DNA of 64,000 nt from Candidatus Methylomirabilia bacterium (GCA_046758965.1 JBHIBG010000001.1:44381-108380), one strand, 5' to 3'; shown: positions 26,635-36,833, counted from the stretch's first letter. Notes: generated by a model not told the origin, from the letters alone. A program made the numbers and translations.

Positions 26635-27531
26635 ATGACGCGCGCCTTTGTCGTGGTGAACCCGGCGGCTGGTGGCGGCCGGACCAAGCGGCTCTGGCGT
26701 TCGATCGGGGATCGGCTCTTTCGCCTTGGGCTTGATTTTGAGTTCGCGGAGACTACGGGGCGCGGCATGGCGACGGACATGGCCCGGCAGGCCGCCACCG
26801 ACCGGTGGCCGCTGGTGGTTGTGGTAGGGGGTGACGGGACCGTCAACGAGGTCATCAACGGGCTTCTTGATGCGAGCGGAAATCCCCTGGGCGCCCTGGG
26901 GGTGATCAGCACTGGGCGTGGGCGAGATGTCAGCCGAAACCTGGGCGTGTCACCCGATCGCGAGGTGGCGGCCCGCCGGATCGTTGAGGGAGAGGAGGTT
27001 CTGGTCGATCTTGGCGTGACCGAATGGGACCGGGGGCAGCGCCGCTATTTCGTCAACGCCGCAGGCGCCGGCTTCGACGCCGTGGTGGCACAGCGCGCTC
27101 AGGCCAGAGGCGGCTCTGGCACCATCCCCTACCTCCTGGCCGTGCTGGGAGCCCTCCGAAACCATCGTCCGGCCCTTGCCGGCGTCCTTCTGGACGAGCA
27201 GCCTGCATGGTCAGGACTGATGACCGCGGTCGTGGTAGCCAACGGAGCCTATTACGGTGGGGGCATGAAGATCGCCCCGGACGCGGACCCGGCCGATGGC
27301 TGGCTGGACCTTGTTGTCCTCGGTGACCTTGGCCGGGTGGAGCTTCTCCGCTGGCTTCCGACAGTCTACCGTGGTACCCACCTGGCCAACCCGAATGTGA
27401 CAGCCTTGCGCGGACGCACAGTCCTGATTACCTCGGCGACTCCACTGCCGGTGCACGCGGATGGCGAGGCGGTCGCAGAGACTCCTGTCCGGATCAGCGT
27501 CTGTCCCCAGGCGCTGAGGCTTCGCCGCTAG
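26635..27531 (+). CDS. Diacylglycerol kinase-family lipid kinase (YegS/BmrU-like)
   Basis: VNPAAGGG, GGDGTVNEVING, ANGAYYGGG, DGWLD, HADGE. Confidence 0.92.
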   Translation: MTRAFVVVNPAAGGGRTKRLWRSIGDRLFRLGLDFEFAETTGRGMATDMARQAATDRWPLVVVVGGDGTVNEVINGLLDASGNPLGALGVISTGRGRDVSRNLGVSPDREVAARRIVEGEEVLVDLGVTEWDRGQRRYFVNAAGAGFDAVVAQRAQARGGSGTIPYLLAVLGALRNHRPALAGVLLDEQPAWSGLMTAVVVANGAYYGGGMKIAPDADPADGWLDLVVLGDLGRVELLRWLPTVYRGTHLANPNVTALRGRTVLITSATPLPVHADGEAVAETPVRISVCPQALRLRR

Positions 27532-27572
27532 CCCAGGCTGACCGGCCTCGGGCGGGGTGCGCGCGCTCCCGC

Positions 27573-28334
27573 TCACTGAGCGGTGAACCCGCCGTCCACA
27601 ACCAGCTCGGCGCCCGTCATGTAGGAGGACTCGTCCGAGGCGAGGAAGAGGGCGACGTAGGCGATCTCACGGGGGTGGGCGATCCACCCGAGAGGGATCC
27701 CGGCCTCGAACTCCTTCCGGAGCGCCTCGGTCAGGTACGGCGCCTGCATCGGCGTGTCGACAATCCCGGGGTGGATGATGTTCGAGCGGATCCTGTCCTT
27801 GGCGAACTGAATCGCCAGCGACTTGTTGAGAGAGATGAGGGCGCCCTTCGCGGCGGTGTAGGCGTCCTGCGCGCGGGTGAAGCCTGCCAGGGCAGAGACG
27901 GACCCGACCAGGATGATGGAACCCCCGCCCGCCTTCCGCAGGTGCGGGATCCCATACTTGGTTACCCAGAAGGCGGACTTCAGGTTGATCCCTATCACCC
28001 GATCCCACTGCGTCTCGTCGGTCTCCAGCACGGACCGGTCTCGGTCCTTCCACAGAACACCGGCGTTGTTATAGAGGACGTGAAGCGCCCTGAAGGCCCG
28101 GACCCCTTCATCCACCACTCGCTTGACGTCATCCTCCACCGCCATGTCGCCGCCGACGGCCACGGCCTCGCCCCCAGCAGCCTGCACCGCCTCCACGGTC
28201 TCCCGCACAGCATCGCGGTTGATGTCGGCCGCGACGATCCGAGCTCCGTGCTCGGCGAAGAGCAACGATGCCTCACGCCCCATCCCCATCCCTGCTCCCG
28301 TGATCAGCGCGACCTTCCCGGTCAGCCTCGACAT
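27573..28334 (-). CDS. Short-chain dehydrogenase/reductase
   Basis: TGAGMGMG, NNAG, YTAAK, MTGAELVVDGG. Confidence 0.93.
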   Translation of the reverse strand: MSRLTGKVALITGAGMGMGREASLLFAEHGARIVAADINRDAVRETVEAVQAAGGEAVAVGGDMAVEDDVKRVVDEGVRAFRALHVLYNNAGVLWKDRDRSVLETDETQWDRVIGINLKSAFWVTKYGIPHLRKAGGGSIILVGSVSALAGFTRAQDAYTAAKGALISLNKSLAIQFAKDRIRSNIIHPGIVDTPMQAPYLTEALRKEFEAGIPLGWIAHPREIAYVALFLASDESSYMTGAELVVDGGFTAQ

Positions 28335-28446
28335 GGTTCTCTCACCCGGATCCTCAAGGCCAAGCAGATGGGACCGCGACCGCTAACAACCCGGCGCCCG
28401 ACGGTGCGGGGCGCTCAGCCCCGATTGCCTGATTTGCGGGGGACCC

Positions 28447-29238
28447 TCACACCGACTTGCCGGGCCCGGACTCTGAGTGGTAGTGGGCTTCCCGCCTCTC
28501 GTCCCAGGCGCGGTTAGCCGTGGCCAGCTCCCATGAGGCCAGGCACTCGTTTTGGGCCTGGATGATCTCCTCGATCACCGCTCTCGGATCGACGTGCAGC
28601 GACCGGAAGAGGAGCCGCTTGGTATGCCGCGTGGCGGTGGGGGCCGCCTGCATGGCTTTGTCGGCGATTCCGGCCAGAGCCCCTTCGAGCTCCTCGGGTG
28701 GGACGACCCAGTTGAGCAGCCCGATGGCCTTGGCCTCTTCAGACGAAATATTGTCGTTCAGCAAGGCCAGCTCCTTGGCGCGTCCGATCCCCACCACCTG
28801 GGCGAGCCGGAGCACAGCCCCGTCGGGGATCAGCCCATGCCGGGTGGCGCCCAGGCCCACCGCGCAGTCGTTTGTCGCAAGCCTCACATCGCAGGCCAAG
28901 GCAAGCTGGAGCCCTCCGCCGAGGCAGTAGCCGTGGAGCACCGCGACAGTCACCTCCCCCATGTCCTCCAGGCAGTTGAGCGCTCGGATCCAGTGCCGGA
29001 AGAACGGCTCGCCGATCTCGCCGCCGGAGAGGGCGGTCCGGTCAATCCCCGAGGAGAACGACGACCCGACGCCTCGGACCACCACGACGTGGACATCGGG
29101 ATCCTTGGCGGCGGCCTCTGCAGCATCAGCCAGCTTCGCGGCCAGACTGGTATTGAGCGCGTTGAGACGCTTCGGGCGGTTCAGGGTGATGCAGGCCACC
29201 CCATCCCGGACCTCGTAGAGAACGCTTGGCGCGCTCAT
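28447..29238 (-). CDS. Enoyl-CoA hydratase/isomerase (crotonase) family
   Basis: ITLNRPKRLNAL, FSSGID, GYCLGGGLQLALACD, GLIPDG. Confidence 0.92.
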   Translation of the reverse strand: MSAPSVLYEVRDGVACITLNRPKRLNALNTSLAAKLADAAEAAAKDPDVHVVVVRGVGSSFSSGIDRTALSGGEIGEPFFRHWIRALNCLEDMGEVTVAVLHGYCLGGGLQLALACDVRLATNDCAVGLGATRHGLIPDGAVLRLAQVVGIGRAKELALLNDNISSEEAKAIGLLNWVVPPEELEGALAGIADKAMQAAPTATRHTKRLLFRSLHVDPRAVIEEIIQAQNECLASWELATANRAWDERREAHYHSESGPGKSV

Positions 29239-29334
29239 GTCTCGATGGATTTGCCTCGCCGGCATCATTATACCGGCATCGCGCTCGGACGCGAGGACGA
29301 TGCCGATCCTGGTGGCTTCTGTGGCGGTGGGGTA

Positions 29335-30675
29335 CTAGCCGCCTTGCCGCGGGAGGGTCATCTTCACAGGTTCGGTCGGCGTGCCGGCCCTCCGGACCAG
29401 TCGTTTGGCCTTGAGCTCGTACCGGGGCAGGCTCTTGGCTGGGACAGGAACCACCTCGATCCGGATTCCGAGCTGGCTGCGGAGACGTCCCTGAATCTCC
29501 CGGGCTGTCTGACCGGGGGTGTCGTTCAACTCGACGAGGAGCCGCACCTCGTCGAGTTCGGCCTGTTTGGACACCTCGATCAGGAACTCCTCAACCACCG
29601 GGAACTGGCGCACGATGCTCTCGATGGCCGAGGGGAAGACGTTCACGCCCCTCACGATCAGCATGTCGTCGATCCGCCCTAGGATCCCACCCTCGAGCCG
29701 GAGGGAGCTCCGACCGCAGGCACAGGGGGAGGTGGCGAGCCGAACCCGGTCGCCGGAGCGGTAGCGAAACACCGGGGAGCCGGTCCGCCCGAGGTTGGTC
29801 AGCACCAGCTCGCCTTCGGGAGCGGGGGCCTTTGTGAGAGGATCAATCACCTCCGCGATGAACTCCGTCTCGCTCACGTGCAGGCCAGCCTGAGCAACGC
29901 ACTCGAAGCCGTACGCGCCTACCTCGGTCATCCCGGCATGGTCAAAGGCCTTGGCGCGCCACCCCTGCTCGATCTGGCCGCGCACGGCCGGGATCCCCGC
30001 CCCTGCCTCCCCGGCGTGGACCGTGATCCGGATCGGAAGCCGGGCCAGGTCGAGCCCGCGCTCGCGCCCCACGCTCAAGAGGTGAAGGGCGTACGATGGC
30101 GTGCAGACGAGGACCGTGGCCCCGAGCGCCTCCATCGAGTTCAGGCGGGTGAGGGAGTCCTGACCGCCTCCGGGGATGACGAGGGCCCCCAGCTCCCGTG
30201 CGCCTTCGAAGCCCGCCCAAAAGCCGACGAAAAGGCCGAACGAGAACGGGAAGAAGACGCGGTCCTCCGGGCCCACTCCAGCGCCTCGGAGCACGAACTG
30301 CCAGCACCGCATCCACCAACCCCACGAGGCCCGGGTGTCTAGCCAGCGGATTGGCTGGCCGGTGGTGCCCGAGGTCTGATGGACCCGGACGTAGCGCTCC
30401 AGGGGGTAGGTGAGATTGGTTCCGAACGGAGGGTGCGCGGCCTGGTCGGCCACCAGCTCAGCCTTGGTCGTGAAGGGCAAGCGGAGGAACTCCTGCCAGC
30501 CGGGCAGGTCCGCCGCCGAGGAGAGCCCCGCGGCCTTCCATTTGTTTGCCAGGAACGAGTTGGCCGGGAAGACCTCCCGCGCAAGGGTGGTGAGACGTTC
30601 CCACTGGAGCGCCAGGAGGCGCTCGCGGGGAAGGGTCTCCAGCCCCCGATCGAAGAATGGAACCTCAGCGCTCAT
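29335..30675 (-). CDS. Phenylacetate-CoA ligase family protein, divergent
   Basis: LPFTTK, TSGTTG, HAGMTEVG, RYRSGD, GRIDDMLIVRGVNVFPSAIE. Confidence 0.9.
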   Translation of the reverse strand: MSAEVPFFDRGLETLPRERLLALQWERLTTLAREVFPANSFLANKWKAAGLSSAADLPGWQEFLRLPFTTKAELVADQAAHPPFGTNLTYPLERYVRVHQTSGTTGQPIRWLDTRASWGWWMRCWQFVLRGAGVGPEDRVFFPFSFGLFVGFWAGFEGARELGALVIPGGGQDSLTRLNSMEALGATVLVCTPSYALHLLSVGRERGLDLARLPIRITVHAGEAGAGIPAVRGQIEQGWRAKAFDHAGMTEVGAYGFECVAQAGLHVSETEFIAEVIDPLTKAPAPEGELVLTNLGRTGSPVFRYRSGDRVRLATSPCACGRSSLRLEGGILGRIDDMLIVRGVNVFPSAIESIVRQFPVVEEFLIEVSKQAELDEVRLLVELNDTPGQTAREIQGRLRSQLGIRIEVVPVPAKSLPRYELKAKRLVRRAGTPTEPVKMTLPRQGG

Positions 30676-30721
30676 GCTCGGGTGAAGATGAGTGCCGCCA
30701 ACGGAGCCAGGAGCCCAGGAC

Positions 30722-31267
30722 CTATCCCAGAATGACCCACAGCGCCTTGGCCCGGCGCGGGCCGAGGTTTTCCCAGGTGTGGGGGAGACCGCCGTCTACG
30801 ACGGCGCTGTCGCCTGCCCGGAGCAGATGCCGGCTCCCGTTGTAGTGGAGGGCCACTCGCCCCTCGATCACGTAGAACAGCTTCATCTGACCGGGCGCGA
30901 TGATGACCTTGTCCGTTTTGACGCCCTGCGCCTTGCGCGCGATGGTGGACACCACCGCGCGGATCTTTCCCTGAAAAAGTCCTGTCCCCAGGAGCTGCCA
31001 TGTCTCACTGCTGCCGTCGAACGAGACCTGTGGATAGTCAGCCTTCCGGCTCACGTGGATCTGTCCGTCACGCTTCGTCTCGAAGAGCGAGGCGATCGGG
31101 ACGCCCAGGCTTGCGGCCAGCTTGCCCAGGGTGTGAAGCGACGGTGTGAGGCGTCCCGACTCGATCTGCGAGACCATGCTCGGGGTGAGACCAGACTTCT
31201 CGGCCAGCTGCCGCTGCTGGAGCCCCCGCTCCTGCCTGAGCACTCTGATCCGTTCACCGACCCTCAC
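30722..31267 (-). CDS. XRE-family HTH plus cupin transcriptional regulator
   Basis: GLQQRQLAEKSGLTPSMVSQIESGRLTPSL; cupin LRAGDS..D..PHTWEN. Confidence 0.9.
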   Translation of the reverse strand: MRVGERIRVLRQERGLQQRQLAEKSGLTPSMVSQIESGRLTPSLHTLGKLAASLGVPIASLFETKRDGQIHVSRKADYPQVSFDGSSETWQLLGTGLFQGKIRAVVSTIARKAQGVKTDKVIIAPGQMKLFYVIEGRVALHYNGSRHLLRAGDSAVVDGGLPHTWENLGPRRAKALWVILG

Positions 31268-32298
31268 GAGGGCATTCCTCCCGCCTCCGTCTCTTCCACG
31301 CTTCGCGGCGAATCCGGCAGCCCGGCCAGGCGACGGAGCGCCCGTCTGACAAAGATCCGCGTCATCTTCTTCCGGTACGGATGCGTGAAGTCGGTGTTGT
31401 CCAGCGGCTTGGAAGGCCTGGCCGCCGCCTCCGCCGCCATCTCGATCAGCTCGGGCGTGAGGCGCTGGTTGGCCAGCAACGCCTGGGCGGCCGCCACCTC
31501 GCGGGGCTGGGCAGCCACCGCGCCCAGGACGATCTTGCCCGCTTCAACCCTCCCGTTGTCCATCCGGAGCGACACCGCCACGCCGAGCACCGGGAAGTCA
31601 AAGGAACCACGGCGACACAGCTTGAGGTAGGCCGAGCGGATCCCGTCAACCGGAGGCAGGAGAATCTCGGCCAGGATCTCGTCCGGCGCTTTGGTGAGGT
31701 AGGTGATGCCGTCATCCCGATAGAGAGCCTGGATCGGGATGACCCGCTCGCCCTTTGGCCCCACCAACCGCACCCGAGCCCCGAGGCTCCAGAGGACCGG
31801 GGCGGTATCTGAGGACGAAACCGCCCAGCAGCGGGAGCTTCCCGGGGCCACCAGGCAGATCTCACCGTCCTTCTTCATGCAGAAGCCGATCGCTTTCCGC
31901 CACTGGTAGGACTGGTTGTAGTAGTTGCAGCGTGTGTCCACGCAGATATTGCCGCCGAGCGTCGCCACGTTGCGGATCTGCGGGTTCGAGACCAGGCCTG
32001 CCGCGGTCGCGAGGGCCGGAAAATGCTCCCGGACCGCCGCGTGCTCGGAGAGTTGGGTGAGTGTCACGCCCGCGCCGATGACGAGCCCCGCGCTCGCCTC
32101 CCCGCTCAGGCCGCTGAGCTCACCCACCTTGCGGAGTCCCACCAGGACCCTCGGCTCGAACTGCCGCCGCTTCATGTTGGGGTAGAGATCGGTGCCCCCG
32201 GCCACCACCATGGCCCCGGGTCCGTGGTCGGCCACCATCCCAACCGCTTCCGCGAGGGAGCGCGGCGCGAGATACGTGAAGGGCGGCAGCCGCATCAT
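31264..32298 (-). CDS. hcrB: 4-hydroxybenzoyl-CoA reductase beta-like subunit (FAD plus [4Fe-4S] insert)
   Basis: AGGTDL, QIRNVATLGGN, and the four-Cys insert TRCNYYNQ..W..A.GFCMKKDG.IC.....RC characteristic of HcrB. Confidence 0.85.
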   Translation of the reverse strand: MMRLPPFTYLAPRSLAEAVGMVADHGPGAMVVAGGTDLYPNMKRRQFEPRVLVGLRKVGELSGLSGEASAGLVIGAGVTLTQLSEHAAVREHFPALATAAGLVSNPQIRNVATLGGNICVDTRCNYYNQSYQWRKAIGFCMKKDGEICLVAPGSSRCWAVSSSDTAPVLWSLGARVRLVGPKGERVIPIQALYRDDGITYLTKAPDEILAEILLPPVDGIRSAYLKLCRRGSFDFPVLGVAVSLRMDNGRVEAGKIVLGAVAAQPREVAAAQALLANQRLTPELIEMAAEAAARPSKPLDNTDFTHPYRKKMTRIFVRRALRRLAGLPDSPRSVEETEAGGMPS

Positions 32299-32304
32299 GG
32301 CGTC

Positions 32305-34722
32305 TTACGCCCCCTCGGGCCCGCGCCGTCTTACCGACGGATCCGCGGGCTGGCCGAAGGCCGAGGCCACCTTGATCGGCTCCCGGAAGTCGAACAGCGG
32401 GAGCCTTTCGGGTCCCACGCGCGGGGGCTTGCCCTGGCGCCTCAGCCCGAGCGCCTTGAAGATCTTGTCAGGGGTGATGGGAACCTCGTCGATCCTGACG
32501 CCGACGGCGTCGGAGACCGCGTTGGCCACCGCTGGGCTGACCGGGAGCAATGGCCCCTGGCCTGCCTCCTTGGCTCCGAAGGGGCCTTCTGGATCAACGG
32601 TCTCCACCAGGATCGTCTGGATCTCGGGCGTTTCCAGTGTGGTCGGGCTCTTGTACTCCAGCATGGAGGGGATCTTGTGGAGGCCTTTCCGGAACACCTG
32701 CTCCTCCATCAGTGCTTCGCCGAGCCCCATGTAAACTGACCCCTCCACCTGCCCCTCCGCCATGAGCGGGTTCAAGGCCCGCCCCACGTCATGGGCGATC
32801 CAGACCTTGTCCACTTTGATCTCACCGGTCTCCGGGTCCACGCTCACCTCCACCGCGCAGGCGGAGTAGGAGTAGCACGGGGTCGGCCCGACGCCCGAGC
32901 CCTTGTATTGTGCTGCCCGCCGGGGCGGCGTGTAGGACCCCGTCGCCGCGAGAGTGCCGAACATGGACTCGGCCAGCACCGCCGCCTCGGCAAAGCTGAC
33001 CCCCTTCTCCCGATCGTCCTTCGAACACACACGCCCGCGCCGGCACAGGAGTTCGGCGGGGGTCACCTCGAGCTTCTTGGCGGTTGCGTCAAGCAGCATG
33101 GCGCGGAGCCGCTCTGCGGCCTCGATCACGGCGTTGCCAGCCATGAGGGTCACCCGCGATGAGTACGAGCCCAGGTCCACCGGGGTCAGGTCGGTGTCGG
33201 CGGTCACGACCCGGATGTCCTTGGGTTCGATACCGAGGATCTCGGCCACGAGATAGGCGAGGACCGAATCCGAACCCTGGCCGATGTCGATGGCCCCTGA
33301 GAGCACAGCCACGCCGCCTCCCCGGTCGATCTTGACGATCGCCCCTGAATGGGGCATATCGTTCCAGTAGATGGCGAGCCCTGCTCCGGTGATGTAGCTC
33401 GAGCAGGCGAAGCCGATCCCCCTGCCGTACGGAAGCGCGCGGTGCTTCTGCCGCCACTCCGAGGCCTCGACCGCCCGGTCAATGCACTCCCTGAGCCCGC
33501 AACTCGTCACGGTCAGATGGTTGGCGGTCTTGGTGTACTCCTCCACCGCGATCCGCCGGCGCATCTCCGCCGGGTCGAAGCCGAGCTGTTCGGCGATCTT
33601 GTCCAGGTGGCACTCGATCGCGAAGCGGGGCTGCGGCGTGCCGTGGCCGCGCTTGGGGCCGCCGGGCGGCTTGTTGGTGAACGCCCGCATCCCCTCGAAC
33701 TTGTAGACGGGCACCTTGTAGGTGACGGTCTGGAGCGCCCCGGTGTACAGGAGGGAAGCCACCCCGTAGGAGCCGTACGCGCCGCCGTCCAGGTACGAGC
33801 GGAAGTGCATCCCCAGGATGTCGCCGTCCTTGGTGACGCCGCTCTTCACCCACATCAGGACCGGGTGGCGGCCGCGGTGGCAGTAAAACACCTCCTCCCG
33901 CGTCAGCGCGACCTTCACCGGCCGGCCAGTGAGCTGGGCGAGCTTACACACGACGATCTCATGGCTGAAGGGATCCGTCTTGCCGCCGAACCCGCCGCCC
34001 ACCGGGGTCGCGATGACGCGAATGTGGGCCGGAGGCATCTCGAGCACCTTGGCCAGGACGCGGTGGACGTAGTGCGGGGTCTGGGTGGAGGACCAGAGCG
34101 TCACCTTCCCCTCGGGGAACCACTGGGCCACGGCGGCGTGCTGCTCCATCGGCAGGTGGGTGCTCCCCTCGTAATAGAAGACGTCCTCCCGGATGAGATC
34201 GGCCCTGCGGAAAGCCTCCTCTACGTTGCCGAACTCGAGCGAGACGGCCTTGTGGATATTGGGGCCGTCGCCGTACTCGTGGATGCGGGTCGTGTTCTGG
34301 GCCAGCGCCTCTTCGATGGACATGATGGCGGGCAGGAGCTGGTATTCCACCTCGATCAGCTCGGTGGCCCGTTCTGCTGTCTCCTCGTCCACCGCCGCCA
34401 CCGCGGCGACCGGATCGCCGACGAAGCGCACTTTCTCCGTGCAGAGCGCTTCCTCGTCCTGGCTCACCGGCAAGATCCCGAACTTGACCGGCGGAAGGTC
34501 ATGGCCACTGATGACGGCGTAGACTCCGTGCAGGGCCTTGGCGCGGGAGGGGTCGATCTTCCTGATGAGGGCGTGCGGGTGGGGGCTTCGAAGGATCTTG
34601 GCGTAGGCCATCCGCGGGAGGAACAGGTCGTCGGCAAAGCGCGTGTCACCGGTCACCTTCCCCCACGCGTCCACTTTGGGGAGCGGCTGGCCGATGACCG
34701 AAAGGTGTCCCTTCCCGTTCAT
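32305..34722 (-). CDS. hcrA: 4-hydroxybenzoyl-CoA reductase alpha-like molybdopterin subunit
   Basis: XDH-family large subunit (VGGGFGGK, KRGHGTPQ, GSYSSRVT, GPFGAKE) between hcrC-like and hcrB-like genes. Confidence 0.8.
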   Translation of the reverse strand: MNGKGHLSVIGQPLPKVDAWGKVTGDTRFADDLFLPRMAYAKILRSPHPHALIRKIDPSRAKALHGVYAVISGHDLPPVKFGILPVSQDEEALCTEKVRFVGDPVAAVAAVDEETAERATELIEVEYQLLPAIMSIEEALAQNTTRIHEYGDGPNIHKAVSLEFGNVEEAFRRADLIREDVFYYEGSTHLPMEQHAAVAQWFPEGKVTLWSSTQTPHYVHRVLAKVLEMPPAHIRVIATPVGGGFGGKTDPFSHEIVVCKLAQLTGRPVKVALTREEVFYCHRGRHPVLMWVKSGVTKDGDILGMHFRSYLDGGAYGSYGVASLLYTGALQTVTYKVPVYKFEGMRAFTNKPPGGPKRGHGTPQPRFAIECHLDKIAEQLGFDPAEMRRRIAVEEYTKTANHLTVTSCGLRECIDRAVEASEWRQKHRALPYGRGIGFACSSYITGAGLAIYWNDMPHSGAIVKIDRGGGVAVLSGAIDIGQGSDSVLAYLVAEILGIEPKDIRVVTADTDLTPVDLGSYSSRVTLMAGNAVIEAAERLRAMLLDATAKKLEVTPAELLCRRGRVCSKDDREKGVSFAEAAVLAESMFGTLAATGSYTPPRRAAQYKGSGVGPTPCYSYSACAVEVSVDPETGEIKVDKVWIAHDVGRALNPLMAEGQVEGSVYMGLGEALMEEQVFRKGLHKIPSMLEYKSPTTLETPEIQTILVETVDPEGPFGAKEAGQGPLLPVSPAVANAVSDAVGVRIDEVPITPDKIFKALGLRRQGKPPRVGPERLPLFDFREPIKVASAFGQPADPSVRRRGPEGA

Positions 34723-34732
34723 CTCCGCCTCC

Positions 34733-35233
34733 TCACGCGCCGGCGCCCCCGTGCCCTCCGCCTGTCATCCTGAGCGAGGCCAGCTCGACGGCATCCAGGA
34801 TCTTGGTATAGCCGGTGCAGCGGCAGAGGTTTCCCGCCAGCGCGGCCTTGATCTCCTCCCGCGTGGGCTTTGGAACGGCTGCGAGCAGGGCGTGGGCGGA
34901 CAGCAGGATGCCGGGGATACAGTAGCCGCACTGGGCGGCCCCGAGCTCGGCAAAGGCCTGCTGGACCGGGTGGAGGCGGCCGCCCTGGGCGAGGCCCTCC
35001 ACGGTGACGATGGCTCGCCCCTCGAGCTCGATTGGGAGGGCCAGGCAGGAGAGAACCGGCTGGCCGTCCACCAGGACCGTGCAGGTCCCGCACTCCCCCA
35101 GTTCGCAGCCGTGCTTGGTCCCGATGAGCCCCAGCTCCTCCCGGAGCACCTCCAGGAGGGTCTTGTGAACGGGGGCGGCGACCTCGTGCTTTTCCCCGTT
35201 CACCGTGAGGTTCAGCAGCAGCTTGGCGTTCAT
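34733..35233 (-). CDS. hcrC: 2x[2Fe-2S] subunit of HcrCAB-like enzyme
   Basis: GCELGECGTC...C, QCGYCIPG, NLCRCTGY. Confidence 0.82.
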   Translation of the reverse strand: MNAKLLLNLTVNGEKHEVAAPVHKTLLEVLREELGLIGTKHGCELGECGTCTVLVDGQPVLSCLALPIELEGRAIVTVEGLAQGGRLHPVQQAFAELGAAQCGYCIPGILLSAHALLAAVPKPTREEIKAALAGNLCRCTGYTKILDAVELASLRMTGGGHGGAGA

Positions 35234-35252
35234 TGGGAATGATTTAAGGTTC

Positions 35253-35281
35253 AGCGTAGATGAATCCCGAATTCCTGTCAA
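35253..35281 (-). promoter_or_regulatory. Putative sigma70 promoter of the hcrCAB-like operon
   Basis: Minus strand TTGACA-17-TACGCT, 19 nt before the hcrC ATG. Confidence 0.55.
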
Positions 35282-35309
35282 GAGGGCGCAGAGGCGGGCT
35301 CCGCCCGAC

Positions 35310-36611
35310 TCAAGAGGTCGTGCTCCGGAGGTCTCGCACGCGCTGGGCTTTGCCGGCGCTACGCTCCAGGGTCTTGGGGGGGAGGATGGTCACCTCGACC
35401 GTGAGCCCCAGCACGTCGTGAAGCCGCCGGCGGAGTCGGCTCCCTAGCTCCTCCACCGCCCCGGACGCCTCCGGGGCCGGCTCCACCTGGACCTCCAGCG
35501 CATCCAACGCCCGCTCCCGCCGCACCACGAGGACGTAGTGCGGCGCCACCCCCGGGGTCTCCACGAGGACGTGCTCCACCTGCGAGGGAAACACGTTCAC
35601 CCCCCGGATAATGAGCATGTCGTCGGTCCGCCCCATGATCCTTCCGATCCGGCGGAGCGTTCTCCCGCAGGGGCATGGACCCGGCAGCTCCTGCGAGAGG
35701 TCTCGCGTCCGGTAGCGGAGGAGCGGCAGAGCTTCCTTGCTCAGCGTGGTGAAGACCAGCTCTCCCGGGGTGCCGGGGGGGAGCGGGGCGAGAGTCTCCG
35801 GATCGATCACCTCCGGAAGGAAGTGATCCTCGTGGATGTGCAGCCCCTTCTTCTCCAGGCATTCCCCCCCCACCCCAGGCCCGATGACCTCCGAGAGACC
35901 GTAGGCGTTCAGCGCCGTCAGGCCGAGGCGGGCCTCGATCTGACCCCGCATCGCCTCGGTCCAGGGCTCGGCGCCGAAGAAGCCCACCCGAAGCCGAAGC
36001 TCCCCGCGGCTGATCCCCGCGTCGGCCAGCGCCTCAGCCAGGTGGAGGCTGTAGGAAGGCGTGCAGCAGAGGACCGTGGAGCCGAAATCGCGGATGGCTA
36101 TGAGCTGGCGGTCGGTGAACCCTCCCGAGAGCGGGATGACGGTGGCCCCGATTCGCTCGGCACCGTAGTGGAAGCCGAGACCACCCGTGAAGAGGCCGTA
36201 GCCGTACGCGTTCTGGACCACGTCCTCGTGGCTCACGCCTCCTGCGATCAGGGTCCGCGCCATGACCTCACTCCAGAGCTCGAGGTCCCCCCTGGTGTAG
36301 GCCACCACGATCGGCTTGCCTGTCGTCCCCGAGGAGGCATGGAGCCTCACCACCTCGTTCAACGGAGCTGCGAGAAGCCCGAAGGGGTAGTGGTCCCTGA
36401 GATCAGCCTTCTGGGTGAAGGGAAGTCGCCTGACGTCCTCGAGGGAGTGGATGCCCTCGGAACGGACCCCGGCCGCGTCCAGCCGCTCACGGTAGAACGG
36501 CACCCACTGGTACGCCCGGCGGACGACCTCGCGGAGCCGGTCGAGTTGAAGCTGCTCAAGCTCCTCCCGGGGAATTCGTTCCACATCGCGGACTCTCGCC
36601 ATGGCGGTCAT
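35310..36611 (-). CDS. paaK: Phenylacetate-CoA ligase
   Basis: LPFTQKADLRDHYPFG, HASSGTTGKP, YGYGLFTGGLG, GAEPW, YGLSE, GRTDDML.RGVNVFPSQ. Confidence 0.92.
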   Translation of the reverse strand: MTAMARVRDVERIPREELEQLQLDRLREVVRRAYQWVPFYRERLDAAGVRSEGIHSLEDVRRLPFTQKADLRDHYPFGLLAAPLNEVVRLHASSGTTGKPIVVAYTRGDLELWSEVMARTLIAGGVSHEDVVQNAYGYGLFTGGLGFHYGAERIGATVIPLSGGFTDRQLIAIRDFGSTVLCCTPSYSLHLAEALADAGISRGELRLRVGFFGAEPWTEAMRGQIEARLGLTALNAYGLSEVIGPGVGGECLEKKGLHIHEDHFLPEVIDPETLAPLPPGTPGELVFTTLSKEALPLLRYRTRDLSQELPGPCPCGRTLRRIGRIMGRTDDMLIIRGVNVFPSQVEHVLVETPGVAPHYVLVVRRERALDALEVQVEPAPEASGAVEELGSRLRRRLHDVLGLTVEVTILPPKTLERSAGKAQRVRDLRSTTS

Positions 36612-36833
36612 CCCTCCTGTATCTTCATCTTGCACACCGAGAACCGCCGCTGCAGCCCGAGCCTAGCAAATACCTCCGTAACCCCCCGCGTTCGAGGTGT
36701 GCGGGCAGCACGGGATGGAATCCGGAGAGAACCGGGGAGCTTGCCACGAAGCGCCTCGAGAGAGAAAAACGGGGGCTGGAGCTGGAATGAGGAGATCGCG
36801 ACTCGGTCTTGCTCGGCTAGGGCGCGCGCCCGA

